Below are positions 61,901 to 64,000 of a stretch of 64,000 nucleotides of DNA, one piece after another; position 1 is the first letter of the stretch; the number at the start of each line of letters is the position of its first letter. The DNA is from Nemertoderma westbladi. Its lineage: Eukaryota > Animalia > Xenacoelomorpha. The notes under the pieces are model-generated. The model did not search any database, was not told the origin of the DNA, and saw only the letters and a program-made list of their open reading frames with translations. The stretch spans positions 1 through 64,000 of the forward strand of contig JAUCBJ010008501.1 in NCBI GenBank assembly GCA_032718475.1. Reading direction: 5' to 3'. A program made the translations under genes and the position numbers.

Positions 61901-64000
61901 GGAGTTGAACCAAGGTTTACTGTGTTCCAGCTCTTGTCTACTATTGTGTGTTGTAGAGAGATGTTTGCTAGTAGATTTCTCTAATAGTTGTTTATTTGCG
62001 ACATTCGGAGTTGAACCAAGGTTTACTGTGTTCCAGCTCTTGTCTACTATTGTGTGTTGTAGAGAGACGTTTGCTAGTAGATTTCTCTAATAGTTGTTTC
62101 TTTGCGACATTCGGAGTTGAACCAAGGTTTACTGTGTTCCAGCTCTTGTCTACTATTGTGTGTTGTAGAGAGATGTTTGCTAGTAGATTTCTCTAATAGT
62201 TGTTTCTTTGCGACATTCGGAGTTGAACCAAGGTTTGCTGTGTTCCAGCTCTTGTCTACTATTGTGTGTTGTAGAGAGATGTTTGCTAGTAGATTTCTCT
62301 AATAGGTGTTTCTTTGCGACATTCGGAGTTGAACAAAGGTTTACTGTGTTCCAGCTCTTGTCTACTATTGTGTGTTGTAGAGAGATGTTTGCAAGTAGAT
62401 TTCTCTAATAGTTGTTTATTTGCGACATTCGGAGTTGAACCAAGGTTTACTGTGTTCCAGCTCTTGTCTACTATTGTGTGTTGTAGAGAGATGTTTGCTA
62501 GTAGATTTCTCTAATAGTTTTTATTTGCGACATTCGGAGTTGAGCCAAGGTTTACTGTGTTCTAGCTCTTGTCTACTATTGAGTGTTGTAGAGAGATGTT
62601 TGCTAGTAGATTTCTCTAATAGTTGTTTCTTTGCGACATTCGGAGTTGAACAAAGGTTTACTGTGTTCCAGCTCTTGTCTACTATTGTGTGTAGAGAGAT
62701 GTTTGCTAGTAGATTTCTCTAATAGTTGTTTATTTGCGACATTCGGAGTTGAACCAAGGTTTACTGTGTTCCAGCTCTTGTCTTCTATTGTGTGTTGTAG
62801 AGAGATGTTTGCTAGTAGATTTCTCTAATAGTTGTTTATTTGCGACATTCGGAGTTGAACCAAGGTTTACTGTGTTCCAGCTCTTGTCTACTATCGTGTG
62901 TTGTAGAGAGATGTTTGCTAGTAGATTTCTCTAATAGTTGTTTATTTGCGACATTCGGAGTTGAACCAAGGTTTACTGTGTTCCAGCTCTTGTCTACTAT
63001 TGTGTGTTGTAGAGAGATGTTTGCTAGTAGATTTCTCTAATAGTTGTTTCTTTGCGACATTCGGAGTTGAACAAAGGTTTACTGTGTTCCAGCTCTTGCC
63101 TACTATTGTGTGTAGAGAGATGTTTGCTAGTAGATTTCTCTAATAGTTGTTTCTTTGCGACATTCGGAGTTGAACCAAGATTTACTGTGTTCCAGCTCTT
63201 GTCTACTATTGTTTGTTGTAGTGAGATGTTTGCTAGTAGATTTCTCTAATAGTTGTTTCTTTGCGACATTCGGAGTTGAACAAAGGTTTACTGTGTTCCA
63301 GCTCTTGTCTCCTATTGTGTGTTGTAGAGAGATGTTTGCTAGTAGATTTCTCTAACAGTTGTTTCTTTGCGACATTCGGAGTTGAACCAAGGTTTACTGT
63401 GTTCCAGCTCTTGTCTACTATTGTGTGTAGTATATATGTTTGCTAGTAGATTTCTCTAATAGTTGTTTCTTTGCGACATTCGGAGTTGAACAAAGGTTTA
63501 CTGTGTTCCAGCTCTTGTCTACTATTGTTTGTTGTAGAAAGATGTTTGCAAGTAGATTTCTCTAATAGTTGTTTCTTTGCGACATTCGGAGTTGAACCAA
63601 GGTTTACTGTGTTCCAGCTCTTGTCTACTATTGTGTGTTGTAGAGAGATGTTTGCTAGTAGATTTCTCTAATAGATGTTTATTTGCGACATTCGGAGTTG
63701 AACCAAGGTTTACTGTGTTCCAGCTCTTGTCTACTATTGTGTGTTGTAGAGAGATGTTTGCTAGTAGATTTCTCTAATAGTTGTTTATTTGCGAATTCGG
63801 AGTTGAACCAAGGTTTACTGTGTTCCAGCTCTTGTCTACTATTGTGTGTTGTAGAGAGATGTTTGCAAGTAGATTTCTCTAATAGTTGTTTATTTGCGAC
63901 ATTCGGAGTTGAACCAAGGTTTACTGTGTTCCAGCTCTTGTCTACTATTGTGTGTTGTAGAGAGATGTTTGCTAGTAGATTTCTTTAATAGTTGTTTCTT
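55979..64000. repeat. 106-bp satellite array, about 75 copies, runs off the window
   Basis: Unit CTAATAGTTGTTTCTTTGCGACATTCGGAGTTGAACCAAGG...GCTAGTAGATTTCT; ORF track recurs every 106 bp; some 103-bp variants and one monomer with a deletion of about 24 bp. Confidence 0.98.

Noticed and set aside
55994-63988. Dozens of 61-101 aa ORFs (MRHSELNQGLL...) and a CRISPR-like regular periodicity
   Set aside because: They are translations of the 106-bp satellite; there are no unique spacers and no cas genes, and the context is eukaryotic

Overview
Repeat-rich eukaryotic (probably invertebrate animal) genomic window. Host genes: a complete 3-exon Kruppel-like factor of the KLF10/11 (TIEG/cabut) type at 3654-6037 (+), whose second exon contains 23 heptad repeats, and the probable first coding exon of a second gene at 54246-55212 (+). 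Most of the rest is mobile DNA, often nested. It includes hAT-like, Chapaev-like, MULE-like, EnSpm-like and unclassified TIR elements (several with readable target-site duplications), a 3.1-kb foldback element, a Tc1/mariner relic, several LINE fragments and a Penelope-type minimal hammerhead motif. A decayed BEL/Pao LTR retrotransposon (minus strand, about 36270-44300) is followed co-directionally by an unexpected ORF that looks like a WRN/EXD-type DEDD 3'-5' exonuclease plus a coiled coil and two CCHC zinc knuckles. The last 8 kb are a 106-bp satellite that appears to have been amplified in place from LINE ORF2 sequence. All calls come from reading the sequence by eye; no searches were run.
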